Notes: generated from the letters alone by a model not told the origin. Numbered from the stretch's first letter, positions 9,463-18,963 are shown. The stretch is 64,000 bases of DNA from a virus (IMGVR_UViG_3300031992_000008:64001-128000), one strand, 5' to 3'. Numbers and translations: made by a program.

Positions 9463-11042
9463 TGCGTAAACGCAAATCGTCGACAGTTGTTCTACCAATC
9501 AGCAATGAACTCCTAGAAAGATCCATACAACTGTTGTTATTCACAAGTAAATTCACTGTTTGGGATGCCCAGAGCATTCGTGATATCCTCTTGAAGTCTA
9601 ATATCGTTAATGAACAGAGCGATAATGACTATCGTAATGGATTAATCAAGATTGCTTTGAACGTCTTTAACAAAGTTGTCGAAGTCCGTTCTATTGACGG
9701 AAAGTTGTTGAGGGATGCCGTCGTTGAATCATGCGAGAATGCTACCGAGATCCTTGAGACCCTGAAGGGCGAGCTGACGGGTGGTTTAATTCTCAATGAA
9801 GATACAGCCGATTATGTGATAAGATCGTTCTCTGATCTATCTGAATCTCAGGCTTTGTATGGCTACAAAGACCCTATTAAGAAATTCGCAGAAGAACTAG
9901 AAGGACTTGATGTTCACAATGCCAAGTCTCTTCCGCAAAGGTTCAAGGAACTAGTTCTTCCAATCATATCTCAGATGTCACAAGCTGAGATTGAGAAAGA
10001 CGATTCTGACGAAATGTTGTTTGGCGAAGAGTCGTACTTTAGAGGACAAAAGAGATCCATCGATGAAGCTAAGAGTCCTAAGTCTGTAGTTCGCACAGGC
10101 TGTAGAGAACTGAACAGAATGCTTGGTGGTGGATTTAGGGCAGGTCGTGTTTATATCTTCTTGGGTGCTCCGGGAACTGGTAAGAGCCTTGTATTGGAGA
10201 ATGTCCTGTATTGGGCATGTTCGATGAACTCTTACGATCCGAGTCTTCTCAAAGAAGGAATGAAGCCTATTGTCCTTTATGTGACACAAGAAAACTCTCT
10301 CGAAGAGAGCTTGGAAAGACAGTACTCAGTCGGGTTGCCTGAAGCAATCTCAGAAGCCAAGGATTACACTGAAAGAGATGCTGAAGAACTGTACAAGTTG
10401 TATAGAGAAAACGGCTGGAATATTCCGTTCTACAGAATGTACAAAGACAATATGTCCATCAGCACGGCTGATATCGAAAGTAAGATAGAAAAGCTTGAAC
10501 TGAAAGGATATCAGGTTGTATGTGTGGTGCATGATTACCTTAAGAGAATCAGAGCCATCAACCATATTGATGATCCAACGTTCGACCTTGGTTCCGCCGT
10601 TAACGATCTTAAGATTCTTGCAAAGAGAAAGAAACTCCCAGTGATTGATGCTTCTCAGGTTCAGAGAGAAGCTGTTAGAAAGGCTAGCGAACTTGCTCAA
10701 AAGGGTGCATCCTTTGAAGGAAAGTTCAGTGGTGCAGATATGGGTAACTCTATTGCAGCATTTGAAAATGCCGATGCAACATTTATGCTCGGTAACTTGA
10801 AAGACCCAGAAGGCGTTCATTACATGATGATGTGTCTGTTGAAGCGTCGTTATAAGGCAAAGAAGTGCCCTTACTCTATGGTAGCAATACCGTTTGAAGG
10901 TGACACTGCAAGACTTGTCTGTAACTTCGGTCTCAACGACTCTTGCGGAGTAAAGACTTCGTGGGGAGATCGTCTTGAAGAATCAGCCCCTGCCGGAGCT
11001 CGTGGAAATCGCTTTAAGCGAATATCTACGGAAGAAGCTTAA
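9462..11042 (+). CDS. dnaB: DnaB-like replicative helicase (SF4)
   Basis: GCRELNRMLGGGF, Walker A GAPGTGKS, YVTQEN, VVHDYL, ASQVQR, ENAD, LKRR. Confidence 0.9.
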   Translation: MRKRKSSTVVLPISNELLERSIQLLLFTSKFTVWDAQSIRDILLKSNIVNEQSDNDYRNGLIKIALNVFNKVVEVRSIDGKLLRDAVVESCENATEILETLKGELTGGLILNEDTADYVIRSFSDLSESQALYGYKDPIKKFAEELEGLDVHNAKSLPQRFKELVLPIISQMSQAEIEKDDSDEMLFGEESYFRGQKRSIDEAKSPKSVVRTGCRELNRMLGGGFRAGRVYIFLGAPGTGKSLVLENVLYWACSMNSYDPSLLKEGMKPIVLYVTQENSLEESLERQYSVGLPEAISEAKDYTERDAEELYKLYRENGWNIPFYRMYKDNMSISTADIESKIEKLELKGYQVVCVVHDYLKRIRAINHIDDPTFDLGSAVNDLKILAKRKKLPVIDASQVQREAVRKASELAQKGASFEGKFSGADMGNSIAAFENADATFMLGNLKDPEGVHYMMMCLLKRRYKAKKCPYSMVAIPFEGDTARLVCNFGLNDSCGVKTSWGDRLEESAPAGARGNRFKRISTEEA

Positions 11043-11046
11043 AAAT

Positions 11047-11079
11047 AGTGCGTATCATAAGATACGCATTTTATTTTTT
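11047..11079 (+). terminator. Intrinsic terminator
   Basis: TGCGTATC-ataa-GATACGCA followed by TTTTATTTTTT. Confidence 0.8.
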
Positions 11080-11084
11080 GCCAA

Positions 11085-11096
11085 AACTCATGAATG
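11085..11096 (+). promoter_or_regulatory. Putative non-virion-RNAP promoter AACT-N6-TG
   Basis: AACTCATGAATG upstream of 11114. Confidence 0.65.
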
Positions 11097-11113
11097 AAAT
11101 TAAGAGGTAAACA

Positions 11114-12364
11114 ATGGCTAGAATAGTTGCTAATGACAAGAACTTCCGAGAGACGCAACGAGCGCATCTTAAGGCATCGTTAGATACTTACAAAGTATTC
11201 TTTAATGACCTTCCGCTTCTCGTTAACTATTACAGCAAGAGCCATGCCGAAAGTACTCATGACGTGAATCTTGGAACTGTACAAGAGATTGTCGGCGATG
11301 ATTCTCCGGTTGTCTTTAATCTCATCAAGGACTTTCCGTTGCATAAAGCCAGCAACCTTGATGTAAGCCCTGAAGACTCCGATGATGCTGGTACAGAAGC
11401 TCAAGTAGAAGGAACTGCTATTGTTTCTCCGTCTGCTGTAATGCCTAGAGAAGATGACTGCTTTACTATTCCTTGGTACGGTCATAAGAAGGCTATCTTT
11501 AGAGTACAGAATGTTAAGAGATCCAACATCAAAGGTCAATCTTTCTATGAGATCACCTACTATCTATATCAGGTGTACTCTGGCACTGGTGACATCGATA
11601 AGCAGGTAGCAAGAATCTTCAGAGTTATTGCTTCATCGCATTCTGTTAATAAGACAGCAATCGTTGAAGAATCTAAGGCTGATATTTGTGCTGCTATTGA
11701 GCATAAGCTGGATGTGCTTGTTGATGAAGTAGAAATGTTCTATGACCTTAGAACTGATGCATACATGTTCCCGGTTATGAATGGTACTTACCTTCTCTGG
11801 GATGAAGCCCTACATTACTTTGCATCTAAGGCTAATGTTTTTTATAGAAACTTCAGCTTTAGACAGGATAGAGTTCCTTTAAAGATCGACGTCAGAGACT
11901 ATGATGAGCTGTATAGATTCTATACACATAGTCTGTGGTGGGCACTGGAGCATCATAACTACTGGCATATGGGGCCATATCTCGGAATCTATATGATTAC
12001 TCCTTACCGAGAGGAAGTTCCCGGTAGACATTTGAGAGATGTCTATGTCAGAGGTGCAAAGTATTGTGCATCAGAGACAGTCAATCCTTGTATGTTTGGG
12101 TATCAGAGAGTGTTTGGTAATCTCTGGGAATACCTTAGAGATGAAACAGATACTATCAAGTTTGATGTTCTCGATGCATACGGATATGGAGAGCTATTGA
12201 AGTTCTGGTTCCAAGAGAAACGGGACATAGATAAAATCCCCGAAATAATCAAAAAGATTATTCCGGCTGGCCTCATTACGGACTACTATTATCTTCCGGC
12301 AGCTATCTTCATGCTGAAGGATCTTAGAGAGTCTATAATGGAGACATTCGATTACAAGAGTTAA
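11114..12364 (+). CDS. Putative virion structural protein (neck/head-completion-like)
   Basis: N-terminal YY...ST.D...GDDSP..F..I.DFP pattern and P...D.F.I....FRV resemble conserved jumbo-phage neck-type proteins, from recall only. Confidence 0.5.
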   Translation: MARIVANDKNFRETQRAHLKASLDTYKVFFNDLPLLVNYYSKSHAESTHDVNLGTVQEIVGDDSPVVFNLIKDFPLHKASNLDVSPEDSDDAGTEAQVEGTAIVSPSAVMPREDDCFTIPWYGHKKAIFRVQNVKRSNIKGQSFYEITYYLYQVYSGTGDIDKQVARIFRVIASSHSVNKTAIVEESKADICAAIEHKLDVLVDEVEMFYDLRTDAYMFPVMNGTYLLWDEALHYFASKANVFYRNFSFRQDRVPLKIDVRDYDELYRFYTHSLWWALEHHNYWHMGPYLGIYMITPYREEVPGRHLRDVYVRGAKYCASETVNPCMFGYQRVFGNLWEYLRDETDTIKFDVLDAYGYGELLKFWFQEKRDIDKIPEIIKKIIPAGLITDYYYLPAAIFMLKDLRESIMETFDYKS

Positions 12365-12369
12365 AATAA

Positions 12370-12414
12370 AAGTTGAAATTTCCTTGAGAATAGCAGGGAA
12401 ATTTCAACTTATTT
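12370..12414 (+). terminator. Intrinsic terminator, long stem
   Basis: AAGTTGAAATTTCC ... GGAAATTTCAACTT 14-bp inverted repeat. Confidence 0.7.
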
Positions 12415-12426
12415 GAGCTTCCAAGT

Positions 12427-12438
12427 AACTTTCTAATG
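12427..12438 (+). promoter_or_regulatory. Putative non-virion-RNAP promoter AACT-N6-TG
   Basis: AACTTTCTAATG upstream of 12464. Confidence 0.65.
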
Positions 12439-12463
12439 AAATTCTTTAACAAGGAGTATATCC

Positions 12464-13168
12464 ATGCGTACAATCGATGAAATTTTCGCTTCCGAGTCGT
12501 CTAACGATGACGATCTCGACCTCATGCGTCTCTTCAACAACGAAGAAGAAAAGGACAAGGACGACGACGAAAAGAATGATGCTGAAGAATGCGGCAAGCG
12601 CTGCTGTCAGGATCTTGCTTTCGAAGGCTTCCAGTTCGACGAAGCTTCTTTCCTTGCCGATGCTGATGATGACATCGAAGATGATGCCAAGAACACCAGC
12701 AAGAAAGACCTTGAAGACCTTGACAAAACCGAAAAAGAAAAGGATGATGACAAGGACGACGACAAGGACGACAAGAAAGATGATGATGACGACAAGAAGG
12801 ACGACGACGATAAGAAGGATGATGACAAGGATGACGACAAGAAGGACGACGACAACGCTTCCAAGAATGCTGACGACGCCGAAGAATGCTTCAAGATCGA
12901 CGAAGTTGACCATGATTTCTTGAGCAACGAAGAATACTTCGATCTCATGAACGATGATGACGATACCATTTTCGGCACCAAGAACGTGAACGATCCTGAA
13001 GACGACCTCGATCATCCCGAAGAAAATGACGATGACGACGACGATGACAAGGACGACAAGAAGGATGATGGTGAAAAGCCCGCTAAGGACGAAGCCGTGG
13101 GTGTTGATGGTGGCGACAGCGACCTCGACAGCAGCCTGTTTGCCTTCTTTGACGACGAACTGCTTTAA
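12464..13168 (+). CDS. Extremely acidic low-complexity protein (candidate scaffold or internal head protein)
   Basis: SD AAGGAG; D/K-rich tracts such as KKDDDD; two AEEC motifs. Confidence 0.7.
   Translation: MRTIDEIFASESSNDDDLDLMRLFNNEEEKDKDDDEKNDAEECGKRCCQDLAFEGFQFDEASFLADADDDIEDDAKNTSKKDLEDLDKTEKEKDDDKDDDKDDKKDDDDDKKDDDDKKDDDKDDDKKDDDNASKNADDAEECFKIDEVDHDFLSNEEYFDLMNDDDDTIFGTKNVNDPEDDLDHPEENDDDDDDDKDDKKDDGEKPAKDEAVGVDGGDSDLDSSLFAFFDDELL
12730..12860 (+). repeat. Coding low-complexity (GAY)n/(AAG)n repeat
   Basis: Imperfect aagaaggacgacgacgat units encoding KKDDDD. Confidence 0.75.
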
Positions 13169-13191
13169 TCTGTAACCAAAGGAGTAACAAA

Positions 13192-13674
13192 ATGAAAATC
13201 GTTTCTACAAACTATACAGGAGTGATCCCCGGTATTGGTAAAGGCCCTTTTACCAATAAGCAGATCAGCGACCAACTGTATAATTCCATCAGAAACTTGG
13301 GTTATCCTGTGACAATCACAAGTGTCAAGGCCAAGCCTAAGGTTGTGGTTCAGAACATCTCTCAAAAGGTCGAGAAGAAGCCTGTCACTAAGGTTGACGA
13401 GGCTGTCAAGACTGCTGAGAAGATTGCTACTGAAACTGCAAAGCCTGTGGAAGAAAAACCCGTACAAGAAGTGGCAGCTCCTGTTCCGGAACCAGAAACT
13501 GAAGCTTCTGCTCCTGCTGAAATCAAAGAAGGTGAACTTCAGCCTTACACCAAGGAATACCTTGAAGGCCTCGAAGTTGCTGAACTCGACAAGATTCTGT
13601 CTGCCGATATTAAGCGACCGATCCGTTACGGTAAGCCTTGGCTGATTAAGCAGATCCTTGCAAACCAAGCTTAA
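13192..13674 (+). CDS. Hypothetical protein: small N-domain, P/E/K/A linker, short helical C-domain
   Basis: SD AAAGGAG; C-terminal YTKEYLEGLEVAELDKIL resembles helix-extension-helix (Rho-N/SAP-like) modules. Confidence 0.7.
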   Translation: MKIVSTNYTGVIPGIGKGPFTNKQISDQLYNSIRNLGYPVTITSVKAKPKVVVQNISQKVEKKPVTKVDEAVKTAEKIATETAKPVEEKPVQEVAAPVPEPETEASAPAEIKEGELQPYTKEYLEGLEVAELDKILSADIKRPIRYGKPWLIKQILANQA

Positions 13675-13676
13675 AG

Positions 13677-13709
13677 AATAATCTCTCCGATGAGGAGAGA
13701 TTATTTTTA
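13677..13709 (+). terminator. Intrinsic terminator
   Basis: AATAATCTCTCC-gatga-GGAGAGATTATT followed by TTT. Confidence 0.75.
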
Positions 13710-13727
13710 TTATTCCGTGATATTCCT

Positions 13728-13739
13728 AACTAAAAAATG
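13728..13739 (+). promoter_or_regulatory. Putative non-virion-RNAP promoter AACT-N6-TG
   Basis: AACTAAAAAATG upstream of the SD of 13753. Confidence 0.6.
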
Positions 13740-13752
13740 AAAGGAGTACACT

Positions 13753-14412
13753 ATGTTTTACAAAAAGAAACTTCAGATAATTGATATTGATGATACACTT
13801 GTTATGACCAGTGCCAAGTGGATTCTGGAAGCTGTCAAGCATCCGGGGCTAGCTAGGAGAATTGGTAAGCTCAATGTAGCACTTGAAGCAGTAACTGATA
13901 TGAAGCTCTATCTTGCTGATGTGTATTGCAGATTGCAGTATAGGCTTGAAGACTACCTTGAAGTTAGAGATATTGCTCGCAGTCTCTTCTATAAGGCTTA
14001 TACGGAGAATGGTAATTTCTATGACGACCTTGGTTTATCTTCCTTTGGAGCATCTCTGCTTACTGGTGGTGTTGGACAAAAAATTATTTTCCTGACCCAC
14101 ACTCTTGATGGAGCTTGCAACATCTCTAAGTCTAAATGGATCAAAAAGAATTTCGGTGCACTGGACTATGAGTATGTAGAAATACCTATTACACAATCTA
14201 AGGGCGAGTATATCCAAGAGCACTATCCGGACTTCGATACATTCGTGGACGACAGTCCGACTTGTCTGCTCGATGTTATAAACAGATTTAGAAAAGAGCC
14301 AAAGTATGTGGCATTTCCTGAATATGGTTATAACCTCGTTATAAATGAATTTGCCCAGACTCTCGGTGAAGGTGATAAGATCACCATTAGGAGCTTCATC
14401 CAGAAGTGGTGA
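13753..14412 (+). CDS. HAD-superfamily phosphatase (5'(3')-deoxyribonucleotidase-like)
   Basis: Motif I IIDIDDTLV, motif II FLTH, Lys motif SKG, motif IV FVDD, PEYGYN. Confidence 0.8.
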   Translation: MFYKKKLQIIDIDDTLVMTSAKWILEAVKHPGLARRIGKLNVALEAVTDMKLYLADVYCRLQYRLEDYLEVRDIARSLFYKAYTENGNFYDDLGLSSFGASLLTGGVGQKIIFLTHTLDGACNISKSKWIKKNFGALDYEYVEIPITQSKGEYIQEHYPDFDTFVDDSPTCLLDVINRFRKEPKYVAFPEYGYNLVINEFAQTLGEGDKITIRSFIQKW

Positions 14413-14423
14413 ACTCCTTAATA
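14412..14423 (+). promoter_or_regulatory. Putative non-virion-RNAP promoter AACT-N6-TA
   Basis: AACTCCTTAATA upstream of the SD GAGG of 14438. Confidence 0.6.
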
Positions 14424-14437
14424 GATCCGAGGTCATT

Positions 14438-15919
14438 ATGAAAATAGAATTAGCCAATATTGATACCATCATCGAGAAGAATAAACTGCCTGAAGTATCT
14501 AATCCTGTATACATCAACGCAGATAAGACTCCTACAGAAGATGGTATCTTCTCCTATACAATCTATGGGAGACCAGGCTCTAAAAGACGCAAACTTCAGT
14601 TTGCGTATATTGATTTGGGTAAGCCTTTCATGCATCCATTGGCTTACAAGGAATTTAGTAGAATCTGCTCGGCAGCTTCTGCTATTCTGACTGGTACAAA
14701 GACTTTCTCCGTCTCTGCCAGAGGCGAGATTGTAGAAGATCCGAAGGGCGGTACTGGAATTAGTTGGCTCTATGCTAACTGGGATAAGATCAAATTTGAC
14801 GATAGAAACAACCGTTCCAGATCAAACCGTATCGAGCTTTTGAAGATCTATGATAAGAAGCATATCTTCTGTACAAAGTGGATTACTATCCCGGCATTCT
14901 ATTACGACATCAACTTCACTAAGGAACTTTCCAGAATCTCTATTGACGAGATTGGTGACATGTATGTAGGCTTGATTTCCAAGTGCCAGAGCCTTAAGAA
15001 CGAAGGTGGATTCTTTACTACCTATGCTCTTGAAGCTAAGATTCAGGAACAACTAGTTCTCATCATGGACTACTTCATTGGCAAGATTGCTAAGAAGAAT
15101 GGTCTTGTTCATAGTACCATGCTTGGTAAAAACGTTGACTATACTACTCGTGGTGTGATTTCCGCTGAACACATTGCTGATGCAGATACCTATGATCAGG
15201 CTACGGTGCTGTTCGAAGATGTTGGTGTTCCTCTGCATCAGGCTGCTGCTCTAGCTCTGCCGTTCGTCTCGTATGAATTCAAGGCAATGCTCAGGGAAGT
15301 TAACGAAGACTCCTTCTTGGTTGAAGAGTCTCACGGAAAGTACACACAGGTTAGCTTCGAGTCCATGTCTACTGACGTAGCAGAGAGGTTCGTAGCAAAC
15401 TTCGCCAGAACCAGAGAGTTCCGTACAGAGCCGTTCTTTATCCTTAAGAGTGACGGTAAGCCTCTAGACTTCTCTTCACTAGGCTATTTCGGTGAGCTCA
15501 AGAGACCGTTGAATAACACTGACGTATTGTTCTATCTTACGAAAGAAGCTATGAAAGATAAACATATCATCGTCGTAAGATACCCGATCGAAGACTATCG
15601 TAACATCAGCTGTCACAGACCTGTGATTCTTACAACCGAAGCTACTACCGAAGTAGGAGGTATTAAGAACTATCCTGACTTCAGTGTAACTCCGATTAAG
15701 TGGAATGAAACCATTCAGCTTCACCCTGCTGTACTTAAAGCTATGGGTGCTGACTTTGACGGTGACACTGTGACACTTAAGTTGGTCTTCACTAAGGAAG
15801 CCAACGCAGAGCTTGAGAAGTATATCTACTCGGCAAAAAATGTTACAGACCTTACTGGAGACGTCTCTAGAAAATTTGGTGCAGAGCCTATCCAAGCACT
15901 CTACACTATGACACTGTAA
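14438..15919 (+). CDS. Multisubunit RNA polymerase beta' N-terminal/catalytic subunit (virion type)
   Basis: Start moved to ATG 14438. DGIFS..IYG, AYIDLG..FMHP, GKNVDY..RGVI, VRYP, catalytic GADFDGD; lacks the N-terminal Zn ribbon. The virion assignment is inference. Confidence 0.88.
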   Translation: MKIELANIDTIIEKNKLPEVSNPVYINADKTPTEDGIFSYTIYGRPGSKRRKLQFAYIDLGKPFMHPLAYKEFSRICSAASAILTGTKTFSVSARGEIVEDPKGGTGISWLYANWDKIKFDDRNNRSRSNRIELLKIYDKKHIFCTKWITIPAFYYDINFTKELSRISIDEIGDMYVGLISKCQSLKNEGGFFTTYALEAKIQEQLVLIMDYFIGKIAKKNGLVHSTMLGKNVDYTTRGVISAEHIADADTYDQATVLFEDVGVPLHQAAALALPFVSYEFKAMLREVNEDSFLVEESHGKYTQVSFESMSTDVAERFVANFARTREFRTEPFFILKSDGKPLDFSSLGYFGELKRPLNNTDVLFYLTKEAMKDKHIIVVRYPIEDYRNISCHRPVILTTEATTEVGGIKNYPDFSVTPIKWNETIQLHPAVLKAMGADFDGDTVTLKLVFTKEANAELEKYIYSAKNVTDLTGDVSRKFGAEPIQALYTMTL

Positions 15920-15964
15920 AAAATAAAAACGATCATGGATTAAATCCATGATCGTTCTTTTTTT
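15920..15964. terminator. Bidirectional terminator
   Basis: AACGATCATGGAT-taa-ATCCATGATCGTT between convergent genes. Confidence 0.8.
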
Positions 15965-15981
15965 GACGACTAGGCTAAGAC

Positions 15982-16665
15982 CTAGAACGGCATATCTTCG
16001 TCATCGCCAGACGGAGAGTAGTCGTCGTTGGGCTTGCTATTCTGCTGCGTCGGAGCATTCGGCTTCTTGAAGCGATTGCCGGAAGCGGACGTTCTAGCAT
16101 TGGCCCCATTATTAGTCGGCTGTCCACCCTTCAATGCCGGAGCATGAGGGCGGTACATTTCATGGCGGATTTCGGTCAGCCATTCTACCAAGATTTCAAG
16201 GTTCTGACAGAACGGAACTGCACTGAACGTGTCGTCAGGCATATCCATACTGATTGGTGCATTTTCAAAGAGGAAGTTGTCCGTCACCTTGGTGTCAGTG
16301 TTAGTCACTGCCAAGAGATAGGCATCAGAGATCGGCTTTTCAAGGTATTCACCCTTGCCGATTTCCACTTCAAATACACCAAGCTTCATCTTACCATGCT
16401 TGCATCCACTGAGAACCAGCTTGATCATCTGTTCAAAGCGAATGTTCTGAGGCACGGAGAGAGCCAGGAACACAGAATTTTCGTGGTCATAAACCTTGTC
16501 ACCGGGCTTCGGCTGTTCAGGAGCATCCTTGAGACGACGTGCCACTTTGATGTAGCACTTAGTCTTTCCGAATTCGCTCACAGCGAGTCCGAGTGTGAGG
16601 TTAGAGTCATACGAGAAAAGATCGAGAACTGGATTATATTTCCAGTAAGTTTTGTTGTTAGCCAT
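15982..16665 (-). CDS. Putative single-stranded DNA-binding protein
   Basis: Follows the DNA polymerase in the same operon; beta-rich N-domain, N/Q/P/G linker and acidic tail ending DDEDMPF. Confidence 0.55.
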   Translation of the reverse strand: MANNKTYWKYNPVLDLFSYDSNLTLGLAVSEFGKTKCYIKVARRLKDAPEQPKPGDKVYDHENSVFLALSVPQNIRFEQMIKLVLSGCKHGKMKLGVFEVEIGKGEYLEKPISDAYLLAVTNTDTKVTDNFLFENAPISMDMPDDTFSAVPFCQNLEILVEWLTEIRHEMYRPHAPALKGGQPTNNGANARTSASGNRFKKPNAPTQQNSKPNDDYSPSGDDEDMPF

Positions 16666-16676
16666 GTTGTGTCGTC

Positions 16677-18635
16677 CTATAGGTCGATAAACGAGGAGAA
16701 GTGTTTCGTATTGCCAACAGGTAATAGGACAAATCCTATACTTTCCATGATGGTATACGCACTCTTCAAGTTAGCCTCCACAATCTTGTCAGTATCAATC
16801 AACGGCAGGAGGTATTCCGGGATTGATTTCGTCTTCTTTGGAAGTGCAATCGCTTTTACACCCGAAGAACGGAACATATCGGCATGAGTTTCAAAGATGC
16901 TTATCGCATTTTTGTACAACTCTTCGTCAATGTCTTTCAGATACAAGAAACTCTCGGCTGTCTTGGCTTCCTTAATAGGAACAATGTTTACACGAGAGTA
17001 GTCCTGAATCTTGTTCTGCGGACACATGGTATTCCACATCGTAACTGCTCGCACGGTCGAATTTTTGTTCGGTTCCTTGTAAGCATTTAACGAGGTGAAT
17101 TTACCCGGCGTTAGATACACAGTTGCACGACGTTCTTTCAAAGAAGTATACACTTCTCTTTCGAATGCCATGTAAGAATGTAGAACGCCTCTGGGCGAGA
17201 CTTCCTTCGGCTCAAGAATCTGTTCACGCAACAGAGTCGAGAAATAATTCCTCGCAATTCTGTTTGTAGAAGATTTCTTAATCGGAAGACCCTTGATATC
17301 GAATTCAGGTGGTGTTAACACCTTTCCTTCTTGTACAAGAGTGATCGAAGAATAGTTCTTCTTGTTTCGAGTCAATGCAAGTCTCTTCATGAGGAATTCA
17401 CTCTTCATGTTGATTCTAGGCATCAAGCTCTTACTTACGGACAAACCACCAGTTACAGCATCAAGGATCGACTGAAGTTGCTGTCCAAGAATATTGTTGG
17501 CAACCATTGCGATCGAGATACGTACTTCATCAGTCTGTTCGGAAGCATTGTGAAACAGTTTCTCATAAAATAATATGAAGTTATAAAGCAAGCAAAATAC
17601 GGAGTCAGTATCCGTTACGAGAATACTCTTACGTCTAAGGTTCTTCACAATCTCAGCACGGTTCCAGTGGATGTATGGATGTGCTACGAATGCACGGATA
17701 CGATCATTGATAGCCTTCATCTGAGGCTTAATACTATCAGGCGGAGTATTGGGATCGCGGAATTCAGGAGAATACACCTGAGCTAGAAGATTCTTCTGCG
17801 GTTTCTGGGAGAGGAACTTGTACAGATTGTTCGTGTAGTAAACACGGTTAAGCATTTCTGTATCAAGGTTCTTCAAGATATCTTCGAGAACATTCTTTGC
17901 AAATGGAGTCTCTTCATCAATGTGCTTTTCAAGTTCTGCAAAGACAACCCTCCAATCGTGAATGGGTTCATCAATGTAAGAGATAATAGACTCTGGATAT
18001 TCCTCAAGATGATCCCTTACTTCTTCGATATAACGGATAGCGTCATCAGTTCCGAAGAACCAGAAGTTGTTCTCCATCATAGATTCTACAAAGTAAATCG
18101 TAGAAGTAATAATTGCAAAGCCATTGTAAGTTGTACCAGGGCCAGTATTGGGCGATCCAAGAATGTAGTTACGTTCACCTGCACCACCGTACTCAGAGTT
18201 ACCAACGAGCTTGAACAGAAGTTGCATCTTGTCATGGATAAGCATGATGAACTTATCAACATCGTTGATATGCTCAAACTTCAGCTTCTTTTCAGCCTTA
18301 CGCATATCTTGCAAGAAGATCAGGAACTTAGAAAGTGGCGATGGATTACGTTCGTAAGAGTCAATAAGCACACCATATGCACTCATGGTATAATCGCCAG
18401 AATACACCATGTCCAAGATTTCTTCAGTCTGATATTCATCGACTTCGTGTTTCTCAGGGTTATGAATGATAAGCTCATTTCTATCCCTAGATTCAGCTAC
18501 CTTGGTCTCATACATTTCAGCAACAGTCTGTCTGAATTCGTCGTCTGGATCTCTTCCAGTCAGAGTATTGAACAATTTACAGACAGTATCAATGTAGTGC
18601 TGCTCAAAGATACCTTGTTGAAACTTTGGTTTCAT
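16677..18635 (-). CDS. Family B DNA polymerase, C-terminal (fingers/palm/thumb) part of a split enzyme
   Basis: Motif B KLVGNSEYG, motif C VTDTDS, KKNY, KGLPIKKS. No exonuclease domain or DxxSLYP motif A in this ORF. Confidence 0.88.
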   Translation of the reverse strand: MKPKFQQGIFEQHYIDTVCKLFNTLTGRDPDDEFRQTVAEMYETKVAESRDRNELIIHNPEKHEVDEYQTEEILDMVYSGDYTMSAYGVLIDSYERNPSPLSKFLIFLQDMRKAEKKLKFEHINDVDKFIMLIHDKMQLLFKLVGNSEYGGAGERNYILGSPNTGPGTTYNGFAIITSTIYFVESMMENNFWFFGTDDAIRYIEEVRDHLEEYPESIISYIDEPIHDWRVVFAELEKHIDEETPFAKNVLEDILKNLDTEMLNRVYYTNNLYKFLSQKPQKNLLAQVYSPEFRDPNTPPDSIKPQMKAINDRIRAFVAHPYIHWNRAEIVKNLRRKSILVTDTDSVFCLLYNFILFYEKLFHNASEQTDEVRISIAMVANNILGQQLQSILDAVTGGLSVSKSLMPRINMKSEFLMKRLALTRNKKNYSSITLVQEGKVLTPPEFDIKGLPIKKSSTNRIARNYFSTLLREQILEPKEVSPRGVLHSYMAFEREVYTSLKERRATVYLTPGKFTSLNAYKEPNKNSTVRAVTMWNTMCPQNKIQDYSRVNIVPIKEAKTAESFLYLKDIDEELYKNAISIFETHADMFRSSGVKAIALPKKTKSIPEYLLPLIDTDKIVEANLKSAYTIMESIGFVLLPVGNTKHFSSFIDL

Positions 18636-18892
18636 TAGAAAACCCTCACAGTGTAAGCAGAAACTTTTGCACGAGCGAGAATATTCTGTGCATACTTGAG
18701 AATGTCATCGTTCGTGCAAATATCTTCACGGTCAACGATAGTCTTTCCGAATTCTTCCAATTCAGAATTCTTCAATTCCCATACGATGACCTGAGAGTAG
18801 ATTCCCAAGTGCTCAGCATGGACAAAGAACTTCCTATCCTTGAGGAAGTTTTCGTTAATGTCCTTGAACAGTTCTTTGAGTGCCTTGAACAT
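18635..18892 (-). CDS. Small hypothetical protein
   Basis: Start moved to ATG 18892 behind AAAGGAG; its stop overlaps the polymerase start. Confidence 0.7.
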   Translation of the reverse strand: MFKALKELFKDINENFLKDRKFFVHAEHLGIYSQVIVWELKNSELEEFGKTIVDREDICTNDDILKYAQNILARAKVSAYTVRVF

Positions 18893-18931
18893 AGTCTCTC
18901 CTTTGTGCAAATTGCTAAGAGTCCTTCTTAG

Positions 18932-18943
18932 CAATCATAAGTT
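18932..18943 (-). promoter_or_regulatory. Putative non-virion-RNAP promoter AACT-N6-TG
   Basis: AACTTATGATTG upstream of the polymerase operon; divergent partner at 18952. Confidence 0.65.
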
Positions 18944-18951
18944 AGGAGGAT

Positions 18952-18963
18952 AACTCTATAATG
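18952..18963 (+). promoter_or_regulatory. Putative non-virion-RNAP promoter AACT-N6-TG
   Basis: AACTCTATAATG upstream of 18978. Confidence 0.65.

Noticed and set aside
12446-13015. Hydrophobic Val/Ile-rich minus-strand ORF (also 12607-12981 and 12477-12923)
   Set aside because: Shadow frames of the GAC/GAT/AAG repeats of the acidic gene; no SD or promoter.
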